From NCBI GenBank assembly GCA_950097015.1, contig CATNEN010000031.1, forward strand, positions 372,001 through 436,000: a stretch of DNA of 64,000 nucleotides, written 5' to 3'. A program made the position numbers and the translations under genes. The notes beneath the pieces are model-generated. The model had not been told where the DNA came from and ran no database searches. It saw only the letters and a list, made by a program, of their open reading frames with translations. Positions 1 to 13,233 of this stretch are shown here, piece by piece. This stretch comes from Macrostomum hystrix (taxonomy: Eukaryota; Animalia; Platyhelminthes). Numbering within the stretch: the stretch's first letter is position 1; the number at the start of each line of letters is the position of its first letter.

Positions 1-110
1 TCTCCATGGGCAGCTAGGTAAGTCTATTAGGCCTGGATAATAAGCTTACTAGGATCAGTAATTATGATCAAGCCTAAACATGTTAAATAGGGATCAGTGT
101 TGATATTACC

Positions 111-885
111 TGATTGGAATCTGACATGAGTTTTCATGTTTGGAATCAGGATTGAGCTTTCACGATTGGGATCAGGATTGAGCTCTCACGATTGGGATCA
201 GGATTGAGCTCTCACGATTGGGATCAGGATTGAGCTCTCACGATTGGGATCAGGATTGAGCTCTCACGATTGGGATCAGGATTGAGCTCTCACGATTCGG
301 ATCAGGATTGAGTTTTCACGATTGGGATCAGGATTGAGCTTTCACGATTGGGATCAGGATTGAGTTTTCACGATTGGGATCAGAATTGAGCTTTCACGAT
401 TGGAATCAGAATTGAGATCTCACGATTGGGATCAGGATTGAGCTTTCACGATTGGGATCAGGATTGAGATCTCACGATTGGGATCAGAATTGAGATCTCA
501 CGATTGGGATCAGAATTGAGCTCTCACGATTGGGATCAGGATTGAGCTCTCACGATTGGAATCAGGATTGAGCTTTCACGATTGGGACCAGGATTGAGTC
601 TTCACGATTGGGATCAGGATTGAGCTTTCATGATTGGGATCAGGATTGAGTCTTCACGATTGGGATCAGGATTGAGCTTTCACGATTGGGATCAGGATTG
701 AGTCTTCACGATTGGGATCAGGATTGAGCTTTCACGATTGGAATCAGGATTGAGTTTTCACGATTGGGATCAGGATTGAGCTTTCACGATTGGGATCAGG
801 ATTGAGTTTTCACGATTGGGATCAGGATTGAGCTTTCACGATTGGGATCAGGATTGAGATCTCACGATTGGGATCAGGATTGAGC
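111..885. repeat. 26-bp minisatellite (GATTGGGATCAGGATTGAGCTYTCAC)n, left block
   Basis: Period 26 read directly, e.g. agctctcacgattgggatcaggattg at 181, 207, 233; about 29 units with point variants. Confidence 0.97.
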
Positions 886-1661
886 TTTTGCAACTATTTT
901 ATAGCCGATGTATCTGATGCTTATGACAGAACGCGGAACAACAACTGACAGTCTGACAGCTGACACTTCAGCAAAACCCGTTTTGACACCTCAGCTGACA
1001 TTATGTTTGACACCTCAGCTGACATTATTTTTGACACCTCAGCAGATGTTTATTTTGACACCTCAGCAGATGTTTATTTTGACACCCCAGCAGGTGTTTA
1101 TTTTGACACCTCAGCAGATGTTTATTTTGACACCTCAGCAGGTGTTTATTTTGACGCCAGGGCTGACGTTCTTTTTTGCAACTGAGCTCACGCTCTTTTT
1201 TCACGCCAGAGCTGACATTTATTTGAAAATTACAGCCGTCATTCCTTTTGACACCACAGCTGTCGTTCTGTCTGGCACCTGAACTGGTGTTCGTTTTGAC
1301 ACATGAGCTGATATTCCTTTTGACACCAAAATTGCTGTTTCTTTTCTGACAACAGGTCTGACACCCAATCTGACATTCATTCTGACAGTCGAGTTGATAA
1401 TTCTATTTTTGGCATTCGAACTATCGCTCCTAGTGAAATCCTAGGGATGTTGACAACCTAGCTGAACAAATATCTGATAAACTCCTTGGAACGAGTGACA
1501 ATTCGATCACCAAACCCATTCGCCCAACTAAAAGACTATATACCCCACCGTCTGCTTAACTGAAATATCCAAGACAGCTGCGTCACCCTGTGTCCATCCT
1601 TTGGCTAGGACGTAGTAATAAGGACAAAGCACTTTGGAGAAGAAACAGAAATCTGTCAAAA
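886..1661 (+). repeat. ~0.75-kb dispersed repeat, copy 1 (interrupts the 26-bp satellite; contains internal 24-bp TTTTGACACCTCAGCAGATGTTTA units)
   Basis: Near-identical to 4163-4890; copy 1 is 48 bp (two 24-bp units) longer, matching the 124 vs 108 aa spurious ORFs. Confidence 0.93.
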
Positions 1662-1676
1662 CTTTGCTTTGCAAAA

Positions 1677-2925
1677 CAGAGCTTTCACGATTGGAATCAG
1701 AATTGAGCTTTCACGATTGGGATCAGGATTGAGCTCTCACGATTGGGATCAGGATTGAGCTCTCACGATTGGGATCAGGATTGAGATCTCACGATTGGGA
1801 TCAGGATTGAGCTCTCACGATTGGGATCAGGATTGAGATCTCACGATTGGGATCAGAATTGAGCTCTCACGATTGGGATCAGGATTGAGCTCTCACGATT
1901 GGAATCAGGATTGAGCTTTCACGATTGGGACCAGGATTGAGTCTTCACGATTGGGATCAGGATTGAGCTTTCATGATTGGGATCAGGATTGAGTCTTCAC
2001 GATTGGGATCAGGATTGAGCTTTCACGATTGGGATCAGGATTGAGTCTTCACGATTGGGACCAGGATTGAGTCTTCACGGTTGGGATCAGAATTGAGATC
2101 TCACGATTGGGATCAGGATTGAGCTCTCACGATTGGGATCAGGATTGAGCTCTGACGATTGGAATCTGACATGAGTTTTCATTTTTGGAATCAGGATTGC
2201 GCTTTCATGATTGGGATCAGGAATGATTTTTCACGATTGGGATCAGGATTGAGCTTTCACGATTGGGATCAGGATTGAGCTTTCACGATTGGCATCAGGA
2301 TTGAGCTTTCACGATTAAGATCAGGATTGAGCTTTCACGATTGGGATCAGGATTGAGCTTTCACGATTGGGATCAGGATTGAGCTTTCACGATTGGCATC
2401 AGGATTGAGCTTTCGCGATTGGGATCAGGATTGAGCTTTCACGATTGGGATCAGGATTGAGCTTTCACGATTGGGATCAGGATTGAGCTTTCACGATTGG
2501 AATCAGAATTGAGATCTCACGATTGGGATCAGGATTGAGCTTTCACGATTGGGATCAGGATTGAGATCTCACGATTGGGATCAGGATTGAGCTTTCACGA
2601 TTGGGATCAGGATTGAGATCTCACGATTGGGATCAGGATTGAGCTTTCACGATTGGGATCAGGATTGAGTTTTCACGATTGGGATCAGGATTGAGCTTTT
2701 ACGATTGGGATCAGGATTGAGCTTTCACGATTGGGATCAGGATTGAGTTTTCACGATTGGGATCAGGATTGAGCTTTTACGATTGGGATCAGGATTGAGC
2801 TTTTACGATTGGGATCAGGATTGAGCTTTCACGATTGGGATCAGGATTGAGTCTTCACGATTGGGATCAGAGTTGAGCTTTCATGATTGGAATCAGTATT
2901 GAGCTATCAAATTGGGATCAGGACT
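1677..2925. repeat. 26-bp minisatellite, right block
   Basis: Same unit as 111-885 resumes after the inserted element and degenerates near 2900. Confidence 0.97.
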
Positions 2926-4162
2926 AACTTTTAGTGATGGGGATCATTACTGAGCATCATGCATAGCATCGGGATTGGGGTCAAGATTAAAGGCATTCAA
3001 ACAGAATGATAGCCAGATTCAGATTCAGATTGACTAAGGCACAGGTGCGAGGAGACTAATGGCTAGCATTTCCAAATGATGATGACGTAACCAAGTCAAA
3101 CAAACAAAGCTGAAACAGTTCGAATTCAATGCCGATGAGTAAACAAAACCCATCCGGGCATCACTTGCCCCAGTCGCTAAATGCGAACAAATAGTGACTA
3201 GGACCAGGCCTTGTCAGTTAGCAATCTACATCATAAATAAAGTAAAGGATACACTCAGTAGGCACACTGTGCAGGTCCATATACGATAGCCAAAGAAAAA
3301 TCCGGGTAGCTGTGTGCAGTTATGACGCAATCGCTAGACTTTAATAGGGAAAATGGAAGGGCCGCAAAGTTGCACATCGCCGCCGCTGCTGCTGCTGCTG
3401 TCAGCAATCAGAACTGTAGGCTGGAGTCGCATCCCAACATCTCACTTCCCAATTGGATTTAAGCCGTTGCCTGCTCTTAGCTATAAAATATTGTCACGCA
3501 ATTGGCAACACAAGCGAATGCAAAATATATAAGTTGGCGCGCCAGACCAGGCTTCTGCTCCTGCTCTGTTGTCAGCTTCACACAGCAGGCGAATGCTCTT
3601 TGCCACATCCTGGCATGCGCCAAATGAGTGAGTGCCGGCTATGGGTCACTGAAGAACAGATGGAATAAGGCGTTGAGTGGGCGAGGGGCATGGGACTAAA
3701 GAAATGGGAAACGGTCGAAATGGGAATTGGGAGAATATCTGGCCATCGAGTCAGCGTGTGCGCGGTGAGCCAGCCTAGGTCCCCAGGCACCACCTAGAAA
3801 CATGGGAATCAAGGAAAGGAAGGAGTGAGTCACTCGCGCTGCTCAAACTACAGTCTGAGTGGCCCCATTTTGAGTACATAGCGAATTAGAGTCAAAACCT
3901 ACACCACAATACATTCTGCGTTATACAAATGCCTAATTTAGGCATCTAATCGGCAAATATCAAACATCATGACGGATTTTAGAGTTGGATTCAAACTTTT
4001 TTCACGTACATTCTCAATTCCGGTCTGTCTTGATGCTTTGAATCATAATCAGAGCTGACACTTCTTCTAGTAAATGGATTCGTGATCTTGACATTTGAGC
4101 TGGTGTCATCTGGCAGGCACCGGAGCAAAGTAGCGTACCTCCTTCTGACTCGCTACCGCCGA

Positions 4163-4890
4163 TTTTGCAACTATTTTATAGCCGATGTATCTGATGCTTA
4201 TGACAGAACGCGGAACAACAACTGACAGTCTGACAGCTGACACTTCAGCAAAACCCGTTTTGACACCTCAGCTGACATTATGTTTGACACCTCAGCTGAC
4301 ATTATTTTTGACACCTCAGCAGATGTTTATTTTGACACCTCAGCAGATGTTTATTTTGACACCTCAGCAGGTGTTTATTTTGACGCCAGGGCTGACGTTC
4401 TTTTTTCCAACTGAGCTCACGCTCTTTTTTCACGCCAGAGCTGACATTTATTTGAAAATTACAGCCGTCATTCCTTTTGACACCACAGCTGTCGTTCTGT
4501 CTGGCACCTGAACTGGTGTTCGTTTTGACACATGAGCTGATATTCCTTTTGACACCAAAAGTGCTGTTTCTTTTCTGACAACAGGTCTGACACCCAATCT
4601 GACATTCATTCTGACAGTCGAGTTGATAATTCTATTTTTGGCATTCGAACTATCGCTCCTAGTGAAATCCTAGGGATGTTGACAACCAAGCTGAAGAAAT
4701 ATCTGATAAACTCCTTGGAACGAGTGACAATTCGATCACCAAACCCATTCGCCCAACTAAAAGACTATATACCCCACCGTCTGCTTAACTGAAATATCCA
4801 AGACAGCTGCGTCACCCTGTGTCCATCCTTTGGCTAGGACGTAGTAATAAGGACAAAGCACTTTGGAGAAGAAACAGAAATCTGTCAAAA
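4163..4890 (+). repeat. ~0.75-kb dispersed repeat, copy 2
   Basis: Starts ttttgcaactattttatagcc and ends aatctgtcaaaa, as in copy 1. Confidence 0.93.
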
Positions 4891-5483
4891 CCCAAGCCTG
4901 ACATTAGCGCTTTCATGTCGATGATCCATGCAGCTCTCCGCTTAGCCTAGAGTGAAAGAGTCCGAAGAAACAAGAGGCCCAGTGACAGGCAAACAAGCGC
5001 GCCATGCTGCACTGACAGAAGCGGAAAAGGACAACTAAGCAGAACACGCGTGCAGAAGGTAGCAAGGACTGCAGCTGTGGCATTGCATCCAACAGTTTGG
5101 TCAACAGACCGATGTTTTGTTGAAAGAGGAGTCGGAATTTTCTTCAGAATTCAATTGTGCAATTCATTAAAGTACATTGTTTAAAGTGCAATCCATAAAC
5201 CTGAGAGAACTACGAAAATTAAAAAGGAGCAGTTTTGGAAACTGAAGTCCTAAATTCTCGGTCAATTTAAGAGTCGAAGGAATGCGATTTAGTACTCGTA
5301 GAACGGGAGGCTTTAAAATGTGAGATTGTGGATTTGGATTTAAATATTTTGGAATGGCAGCTTGTCGAATGGGGATTGTGGAATGGGGATTGTGGAATGA
5401 GAGGCTTTAAAATGTGATATTGTGGATTTGGAAGGGCAGATTGTGGAATGGGATGTCGGGGGAAAGCTATGTTGTTGACTAAT

Positions 5484-5675
5484 AGTCGTAACTCAGTGGT
5501 TTGAGCGATGGAATCCGAACCGATCGGTCGGGAGTTCGAATCTCAACACAGGGGAGCAAAGATATGTGTACTTAAGCAAGACGCTTAAAATTATCTGATG
5601 GGTGTATCGCCAACCCAGTGCACACACTGAACAGTTGTACACAGCAGTTGGATGTGCCGCACAATAGCTGCGAAT
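5484..5675 (+). mobile_element. tRNA-derived SINE family A (diverged copy)
   Basis: A-box-like ctcagtggtttgagcg, B-box gttcgaatc, then tgtgtacttaagcaagacgcttaa body shared with the other family A copies. Confidence 0.75.
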
Positions 5676-6215
5676 GCGCCACTGGCTATAATACATGTGT
5701 CTCTACTCAATAAAGCGAATTTTGTATTAGATATTAAGTTCTTATAAAAAATCGGTGCTAAATATACATTTGCAACGCTTAACAATATCCCAGAACGCAG
5801 CACACTAGAAGGTCGAACCCAGGCCCACACAGCAGTAAAATGGTGATACCAATTCCACCCGATGGCGCTCTCGGGCTATCAGCGGTACTGTGTATTATTG
5901 ATCCGCAGCCTCCGCAGTCCATCTACATATTTATAAGCGCATATCCCTCTCTGGCCGAAGCATTATCCCAAACTGCCAAAGCCTCCTCTTCAACTTGCAA
6001 TTAGTAGGGCAAAACTTGGGGATACTGGGTTGCATGGATAATAAAACGAACTAAAAAACTGGGCCTTGCTGCCTTCAGTGGGAACAGCGAGTTCTTCGCC
6101 TCCCCTCTGATACGCAAAACCGCAGATCTGCAACTGGCAGTCATCAGCCAGGATAATAATTCGTCAATACAGCCAGAAAAGCAGGGGAAGTGCACAGTAA
6201 AATGGTACTTTCTCT

Positions 6216-8017
6216 TTACATGCCCAACTCCAGTTTCTGGACAGAACTTCTGTTATTTAGGATGCAAAAGAATGCCAGCCCCTTCAGTGAAGGCTTCGCG
6301 CACCTGCAAACAATCAAAGCCAAATTGCTGGAGAAGCTAAGCTAAGGTTTCAATAAGTCCGCGATGTTGTTAATGCGACAATTGCTAACCCCCAGACAAC
6401 TGGCCAAATGAAGAGTGACTGAAACACTAGCCAATAGGACCTCTTGATCAAGCATCTGGACTGCTGCCGTATTCAGAGGTCGAACAAAAAGAAAGTTCGA
6501 GAAACTTTGAGACCATTTGTGCATCTTAACAAACAAAACATGAACTATATGGACAGGAGAAAGTAACTGACCTAGCAAGCATTCAGCCAGATAAGCCAAC
6601 GATGCAAAATTCATGAAACACTATAGAGTCCGAATAGCCATTTTAGAAATCGAAGGGATTACACCGAGGGGAAATTTTTACTTCGCAGCTCCAAGGAGAT
6701 CCCTTAAGAGGGTATTTTGTGCGGATTAGAGTCCGACTAATTCAGAGAGGGCTGATAGAGACTTGCATAAGCTTACATAACCTGAAGGATAGTAGAAATA
6801 CGCCCACACTCGCTCGCTACTACTGACAATAGGTATACGCAGAAGTAACTGGTGCACCCACTAATCCAAGCAAAGATCGTGATAGTATAGTAGTCATCGG
6901 TTGGCCCTCCAATTGGCTTAACTATTTACAATTCTGGCTAAGATTCCTGCAACAATTCCAATTACAGCTCGAGCTACGACTCTAGTTACGATTCCAGCTA
7001 CGATTCCAGTTTAAGATTCCATCTACGATTCTAGCTTAAGATTGCAATTACAGTTCCAGCTGTGATTTCAGCTACGATTCCTTTTAAGATACTGGACGTG
7101 AGTTCACCTACGATTGCAGCTAAACGCTATTCAGTTTATAACCTTTTATAAGCGTGGGCACAGTAAAAGCCCTCTGTGGGAGGTTGGGAGGCCAGTTGTT
7201 AAAGCTTTGAACTCCTAATCGACAGGTCTGAAGTTCGAATCTAAGCCTATGGGAAACAACTAGTATTAGTGTCATTGACACCTTATTGGCAATAAAACTC
7301 GTTCTCAAAGATTCAGCTCACCCAGATTTGAAATGGGTACCAGCATAAGCTAGGATGGGAATTTGAGTGGGTGTGGTGTCCCCCAGTCCATGGACTGTTA
7401 ATAGTTTGACGTAAGCAGTCTTTTGGATGCGCCGCTGTTGAACTCGCCCACCTGGATAATTTCTATTCTTAATCCGTGAAAACTATTCAGCAGCTTTATA
7501 AAGAATTTCGCAGACTTTCAATTCCGACTTCAGCATTGACTTTGCCCACGAATAGCTTGCGAGCACTAAATGAACGCAAAGAAAGAGAAAAGTCAACTCA
7601 CCCGAGGGACAGCATGGCCAGATTCTGGTTGTAGCCTCGCCAGCCAGTCAGCTCAGCTTCCTCCTCCACCACCTCCTCGCCGACATCCTCAGCCGCCACC
7701 TGCTGGTGGTAGTCTGAGAAATCAGGATAACCAGGTGCGCCACCGAGCACCGGGCACAGAGCGGCGCCGGCCGAATTCGGCTGATCGCCAACAATGTCGT
7801 CCTCCCAGATGTAGCCATCATTCGACATCATCTCGTCTTCGGCGCCGACAGCGGCGGCGCTATTCGAGAAGGCGGCTAAGCTGGCGCTGGTCCGCTGGCG
7901 CAGTTCGTCGAACACCAGCGGCGACATGCGGCGCCACGGCAGGCAAGCGAATTCGTCATCTTCGTCATTGAGACCGCCGTGCCCGTGGTAACCGCCGCCG
8001 CCGCCGCCAGTTGCCAT
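6216..8017 (-). CDS. Putative small acidic protein (~167 aa), exons 8017-7602 and 6303-6216; C-terminus BC/SOCS-box-like
   Basis: GC-rich ATG ORF MATGGGGG... ends at a CTCGG|GTGAGT donor (phase 2). The TTTGCAG| acceptor at 6304 continues in frame as GCAKPSLKGLAFFCILNNRSSVQKLELGM*. The exon join is inferred. Confidence 0.5.
7178..7440 (+). mobile_element. SINE family A
   Basis: B-box gttcgaatc, then cacccagatttgaaatgggtaccagc and cccccagtccatggactg, as in the 28990 and 51163 copies. Confidence 0.8.
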
Positions 8018-8194
8018 GGCTCAATCAAACAGCCCAGATTAAGTCAGACATCAGCGAAAGTGGCGATCGCTCTGCTGGAGATGCGGGCAGTTGGCCGGAC
8101 TTTATTGTGACTGAGTTCTGTGCGGTGCCAGCTGAAATCGGTGCAATTAGTTAAATAAAGGGTTTGGAAGACACTGAGATTTTTATCTCCCCTG

Positions 8195-8650
8195 TCTCAC
8201 TATCTGCCCCGTGTCTTTTTTCTCCTGTCTCACCATCTCTCCCGAGTCTTATCTCTCACTGTCTTATCTCATCTCTCACTGTCTTATCTCATCTCTCCCG
8301 AGTCTTATCTCTCACTATCTTATCTCATCTCTCCCGAGTCTTATCTCATCTCTCACTGTCTTATCTCATCTCTCCAGAGTCTTATCTCTCACTATCTTAT
8401 CTCATCTCTCCCGAGTCTTATCTCATCTCTCACTGTCTTATCTCATCTCTCCCGAGTCTTATCTCTCACTGTCTTATCTCATCTCTCCCGAGTCTTATCT
8501 CTCACTATCTTATCTCATCTCTCCTGCTCACTATTTCTACCGAGGCCCAAATCATCTCTCCTGATTCATATCATCTTTCCCGTGTCTCATGACATCTCTA
8601 CTGTCTCATCTAATCTCTTCCGTGCCTCATCTAATCTCTCCTATCTTATA
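8195..8650. repeat. Pyrimidine-rich mosaic minisatellite (TCTTATCTC / ATCTCTCCCGAG / TCACTG modules)
   Basis: Direct reading; source of the spurious SHLSRVL/SYLISPE ORFs. Confidence 0.9.
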
Positions 8651-9893
8651 TTATCTCCCTAATGTCTTACCAATTACGTGTCTATTTCAAGCATTTTCTG
8701 TGGCCTACAAGGCATAAAAGTTGAAACGACCCATGGCTAATTGCCGAGTTTAATTCACGAATAAGTAGGTTCATGAGTTCAGGACAGGTTTACAGTCAAT
8801 TCTGAGGCCTTGCCTTAACAATATACCAGAGAAAGCTAAATTTCTACAGCTGTTTTGGTGTATACAGACATGGCACGCTTGTACTTTCTGTGTACTTTTT
8901 TAGGATAATAATTGAAAAAAAGGAAAGTAACTTGACAACCTTTTAATTAGCCAAAAACGTGACACACGGCTAAGACTGCTAAGACGTATAGCATATGTGT
9001 CTCATTTATGTTTATTAAATATCCAGCTTACACATAATCAGGGAGAGAAGGTGACAGTTTAAACTCTACTTAACACTTTTAAATAAACACAATAGTTTGG
9101 TAGCTCTGACACAGAAATTCAGATTTAGAAGTTAAATTTGTTGCTCAAAGAGCGCACAAACGATTATTTACATAATAAAGAAGTACATTAAGCAAAAACA
9201 CATTACTAGCAGTATGCATGATTAGCAAGTTCGAGTAACTACACACTTAAAACTGAAAATAGCTTTTTTCTATAATTTTGAAAAGACAACATCAATTTGC
9301 GGGTGGGTTTTTTGTTCAGGCTGCAATGGCAAAGCTTGACTAACTTTGTTCTTTGCCATTTGGCATTGCAAAAAATAGCAAATAGGGTTGTGAGAACATG
9401 CGTACCAAACACCAGAACAAGGATAAATACTATACACCTCAAAAATTCCAAAAACCAGGTCAGGATAATTATTTTGAAATAAATGAGCAATGCACTGACA
9501 GGCACCAAGTTAATAGAGGAAAATTGCTTTGACAATTGAACTGATTATGGATCAAAACTAAAAGATAATGACTTACTATAAAAATACTAATGCTTTTTCA
9601 ATCTACTAGTAGTAGCATATTTACACTTGCTATATATTAAGAGTTAAAGGTCAGTCATTATTTTTAACAGGGTGTGCCTACAGCTTGCCTAAATAAATTG
9701 TCTAATATCTCTCTGCCAATGTGACAGCAAAGACGAGAAACTAAAAAAAGATTATTTTCAGAAAAAATTGGATAGGAGAAACGGAGAGACAGAAGAAGAA
9801 ACAGTGAAAGGTAGTTGGGAAGGAACAGTGGCAATTTTATTGAAAGGCGGGGGCAGTAACGCGGGCAGCAAGCAAGGCACAAGCTTAATCTGT

Positions 9894-10002
9894 CTACTTG
9901 TCTCCATCGTGCCGAAGGTCAACCCGCTCAGGAGTGGTGGCCGCCTCCTGCCGGCGGAAGTCCTCTCGGCCTAGGATGTAGACCACCAGCAGGGCGTAGG
10001 CC
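9894..10002 (-). pseudogene. Orphan duplicate of the 3' end of cytochrome b561 exon 2 (...YALLVVYILGREDFRRQEAATTPERVDLRHDGDK*)
   Basis: Identical to 13234-13342 and truncated at the duplication breakpoint. Confidence 0.9.
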
Positions 10003-10517
10003 CTGCCTAGGAAATTTTTACTTCGCAGCTCCAAGGAGATCCCTTAAGAGGGTATTTTGTGCGGATTAGAGTCCGACTAATTCAGAGAGGGCTGATAGAG
10101 ACTTGCATAAGCTTACATAACCTGAAGGATAGTAGAAATACGCCCACACTCGCTCGCTACTACTGACAATAGGTATACGCAGAAGTAACTGGTGCACCCA
10201 CTAATCCAAGCAAAGATCGTGATAGTATAGTAGTCATCGGTTGGCCCTCCAATTGGCTTAACTATTTACAATTCTGGCTAAGATTCCTGCAACAATTCCA
10301 ATTACAGCTCGAGCTACGACTCTAGTTACGATTCCAGCTACGATTCCAGTTTAAGATTCCATCTACGATTCTAGCTTAAGATTGCAATTACAGTTCCAGC
10401 TGTGATTTCAGCTACGATTCCTTTTAAGATACTGGACGTGAGTTCACCTACGATTGCAGCTAAACGCTATTCAGTTTATAACCTTTTATAAGCGTGGGCA
10501 CAGTAAAAGCCCTCTGT

Positions 10518-10780
10518 GGGAGGTTGGGAGGCCAGTTGTTAAAGCTTTGAACTCCTAATCGACAGGTCTGAAGTTCGAATCTAAGCCTATGGGAAACAAC
10601 TAGTATTAGTGTCATTGACACCTTATTGGCAATAAAACTCGTTCTCAAAGATTCAGCTCACCCAGATTTGAAATGGGTACCAGCATAAGCTAGGATGGGA
10701 ATTTGAGTGGGTGTGGTGTCCCCCAGTCCATGGACTGTTAATAGTTTGACGTAAGCAGTCTTTTGGATGCGCCGCTGTTG
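10518..10780 (+). mobile_element. SINE family A (duplicate of the 7178 copy)
   Basis: Lies inside the tandem duplication. Confidence 0.8.
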
Positions 10781-10941
10781 AACTCGCCCACCTGGATAAT
10801 TTCTATTCTTAATCCGTGAAAACTATTCAGCAGCTTTATAAAGAATTTCGCAGACTTTCAATTCCGACTTCAGCATTGACTTTGCCCACGAATAGCTTGC
10901 GAGCACTAAATGAACGCAAAGAAAGAGAAAAGTCAACTCAC

Positions 10942-11357
10942 CCGAGGGACAGCATGGCCAGATTCTGGTTGTAGCCTCGCCAGCCAGTCAGCTCAGCTTC
11001 CTCCTCCACCACCTCCTCGCCGACATCCTCAGCCGCCACCTGCTGGTGGTAGTCTGAGAAATCAGGATAACCAGGTGCGCCACCGAGCACCGGGCACAGA
11101 GCGGCGCCGGCCGAATTCGGCTGATCGCCAACAATGTCGTCCTCCCAGATGTAGCCATCATTCGACATCATCTCGTCTTCGGCGCCGACAGCGGCGGCGC
11201 TATTCGAGAAGGCGGCTAAGCTGGCGCTGGTCCGCTGGCGCAGTTCGTCGAACACCAGCGGCGACATGCGGCGCCACGGCAGGCAAGCGAATTCGTCATC
11301 TTCGTCATTGAGACCGCCGTGCCCGTGGTAACCGCCGCCGCCGCCGCCAGTTGCCAT
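10942..11357 (-). CDS. Second identical copy of exon 1 of the small acidic protein
   Basis: Identical translation and donor to 8017-7602; no duplicated exon 2 follows it. Confidence 0.45.
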
Positions 11358-11534
11358 GGCTCAATCAAACAGCCCAGATTAAGTCAGACATCAGCGAAAG
11401 TGGCGATCGCTCTGCTGGAGATGCGGGCAGTTGGCCGGACTTTATTGTGACTGAGTTCTGTGCGGTGCCAGCTGAAATCGGTGCAATTAGTTAAATAAAG
11501 GGTTTGGAAGACACTGAGATTTTTATCTCCCCTG

Positions 11535-11990
11535 TCTCACTATCTGCCCCGTGTCTTTTTTCTCCTGTCTCACCATCTCTCCCGAGTCTTATCTCTCACT
11601 GTCTTATCTCATCTCTCACTGTCTTATCTCATCTCTCCCGAGTCTTATCTCTCACTATCTTATCTCATCTCTCCCGAGTCTTATCTCATCTCTCACTGTC
11701 TTATCTCATCTCTCCAGAGTCTTATCTCTCACTATCTTATCTCATCTCTCCCGAGTCTTATCTCATCTCTCACTGTCTTATCTCATCTCTCCCGAGTCTT
11801 ATCTCTCACTGTCTTATCTCATCTCTCCCGAGTCTTATCTCTCACTATCTTATCTCATCTCTCCTGCTCACTATTTCTACCGAGGCCCAAATCATCTCTC
11901 CTGATTCATATCATCTTTCCCGTGTCTCATGACATCTCTACTGTCTCATCTAATCTCTTCCGTGCCTCATCTAATCTCTCCTATCTTATA
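11535..11990. repeat. Duplicate of the 8195-8650 minisatellite
   Basis: Lies inside the tandem duplication. Confidence 0.9.
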
Positions 11991-13233
11991 TTATCTCCCT
12001 AATGTCTTACCAATTACGTGTCTATTTCAAGCATTTTCTGTGGCCTACAAGGCATAAAAGTTGAAACGACCCATGGCTAATTGCCGAGTTTAATTCACGA
12101 ATAAGTAGGTTCATGAGTTCAGGACAGGTTTACAGTCAATTCTGAGGCCTTGCCTTAACAATATACCAGAGAAAGCTAAATTTCTACAGCTGTTTTGGTG
12201 TATACAGACATGGCACGCTTGTACTTTCTGTGTACTTTTTTAGGATAATAATTGAAAAAAAGGAAAGTAACTTGACAACCTTTTAATTAGCCAAAAACGT
12301 GACACACGGCTAAGACTGCTAAGACGTATAGCATATGTGTCTCATTTATGTTTATTAAATATCCAGCTTACACATAATCAGGGAGAGAAGGTGACAGTTT
12401 AAACTCTACTTAACACTTTTAAATAAACACAATAGTTTGGTAGCTCTGACACAGAAATTCAGATTTAGAAGTTAAATTTGTTGCTCAAAGAGCGCACAAA
12501 CGATTATTTACATAATAAAGAAGTACATTAAGCAAAAACACATTACTAGCAGTATGCATGATTAGCAAGTTCGAGTAACTACACACTTAAAACTGAAAAT
12601 AGCTTTTTTCTATAATTTTGAAAAGACAACATCAATTTGCGGGTGGGTTTTTTGTTCAGGCTGCAATGGCAAAGCTTGACTAACTTTGTTCTTTGCCATT
12701 TGGCATTGCAAAAAATAGCAAATAGGGTTGTGAGAACATGCGTACCAAACACCAGAACAAGGATAAATACTATACACCTCAAAAATTCCAAAAACCAGGT
12801 CAGGATAATTATTTTGAAATAAATGAGCAATGCACTGACAGGCACCAAGTTAATAGAGGAAAATTGCTTTGACAATTGAACTGATTATGGATCAAAACTA
12901 AAAGATAATGACTTACTATAAAAATACTAATGCTTTTTCAATCTACTAGTAGTAGCATATTTACACTTGCTATATATTAAGAGTTAAAGGTCAGTCATTA
13001 TTTTTAACAGGGTGTGCCTACAGCTTGCCTAAATAAATTGTCTAATATCTCTCTGCCAATGTGACAGCAAAGACGAGAAACTAAAAAAAGATTATTTTCA
13101 GAAAAAATTGGATAGGAGAAACGGAGAGACAGAAGAAGAAACAGTGAAAGGTAGTTGGGAAGGAACAGTGGCAATTTTATTGAAAGGCGGGGGCAGTAAC
13201 GCGGGCAGCAAGCAAGGCACAAGCTTAATCTGT

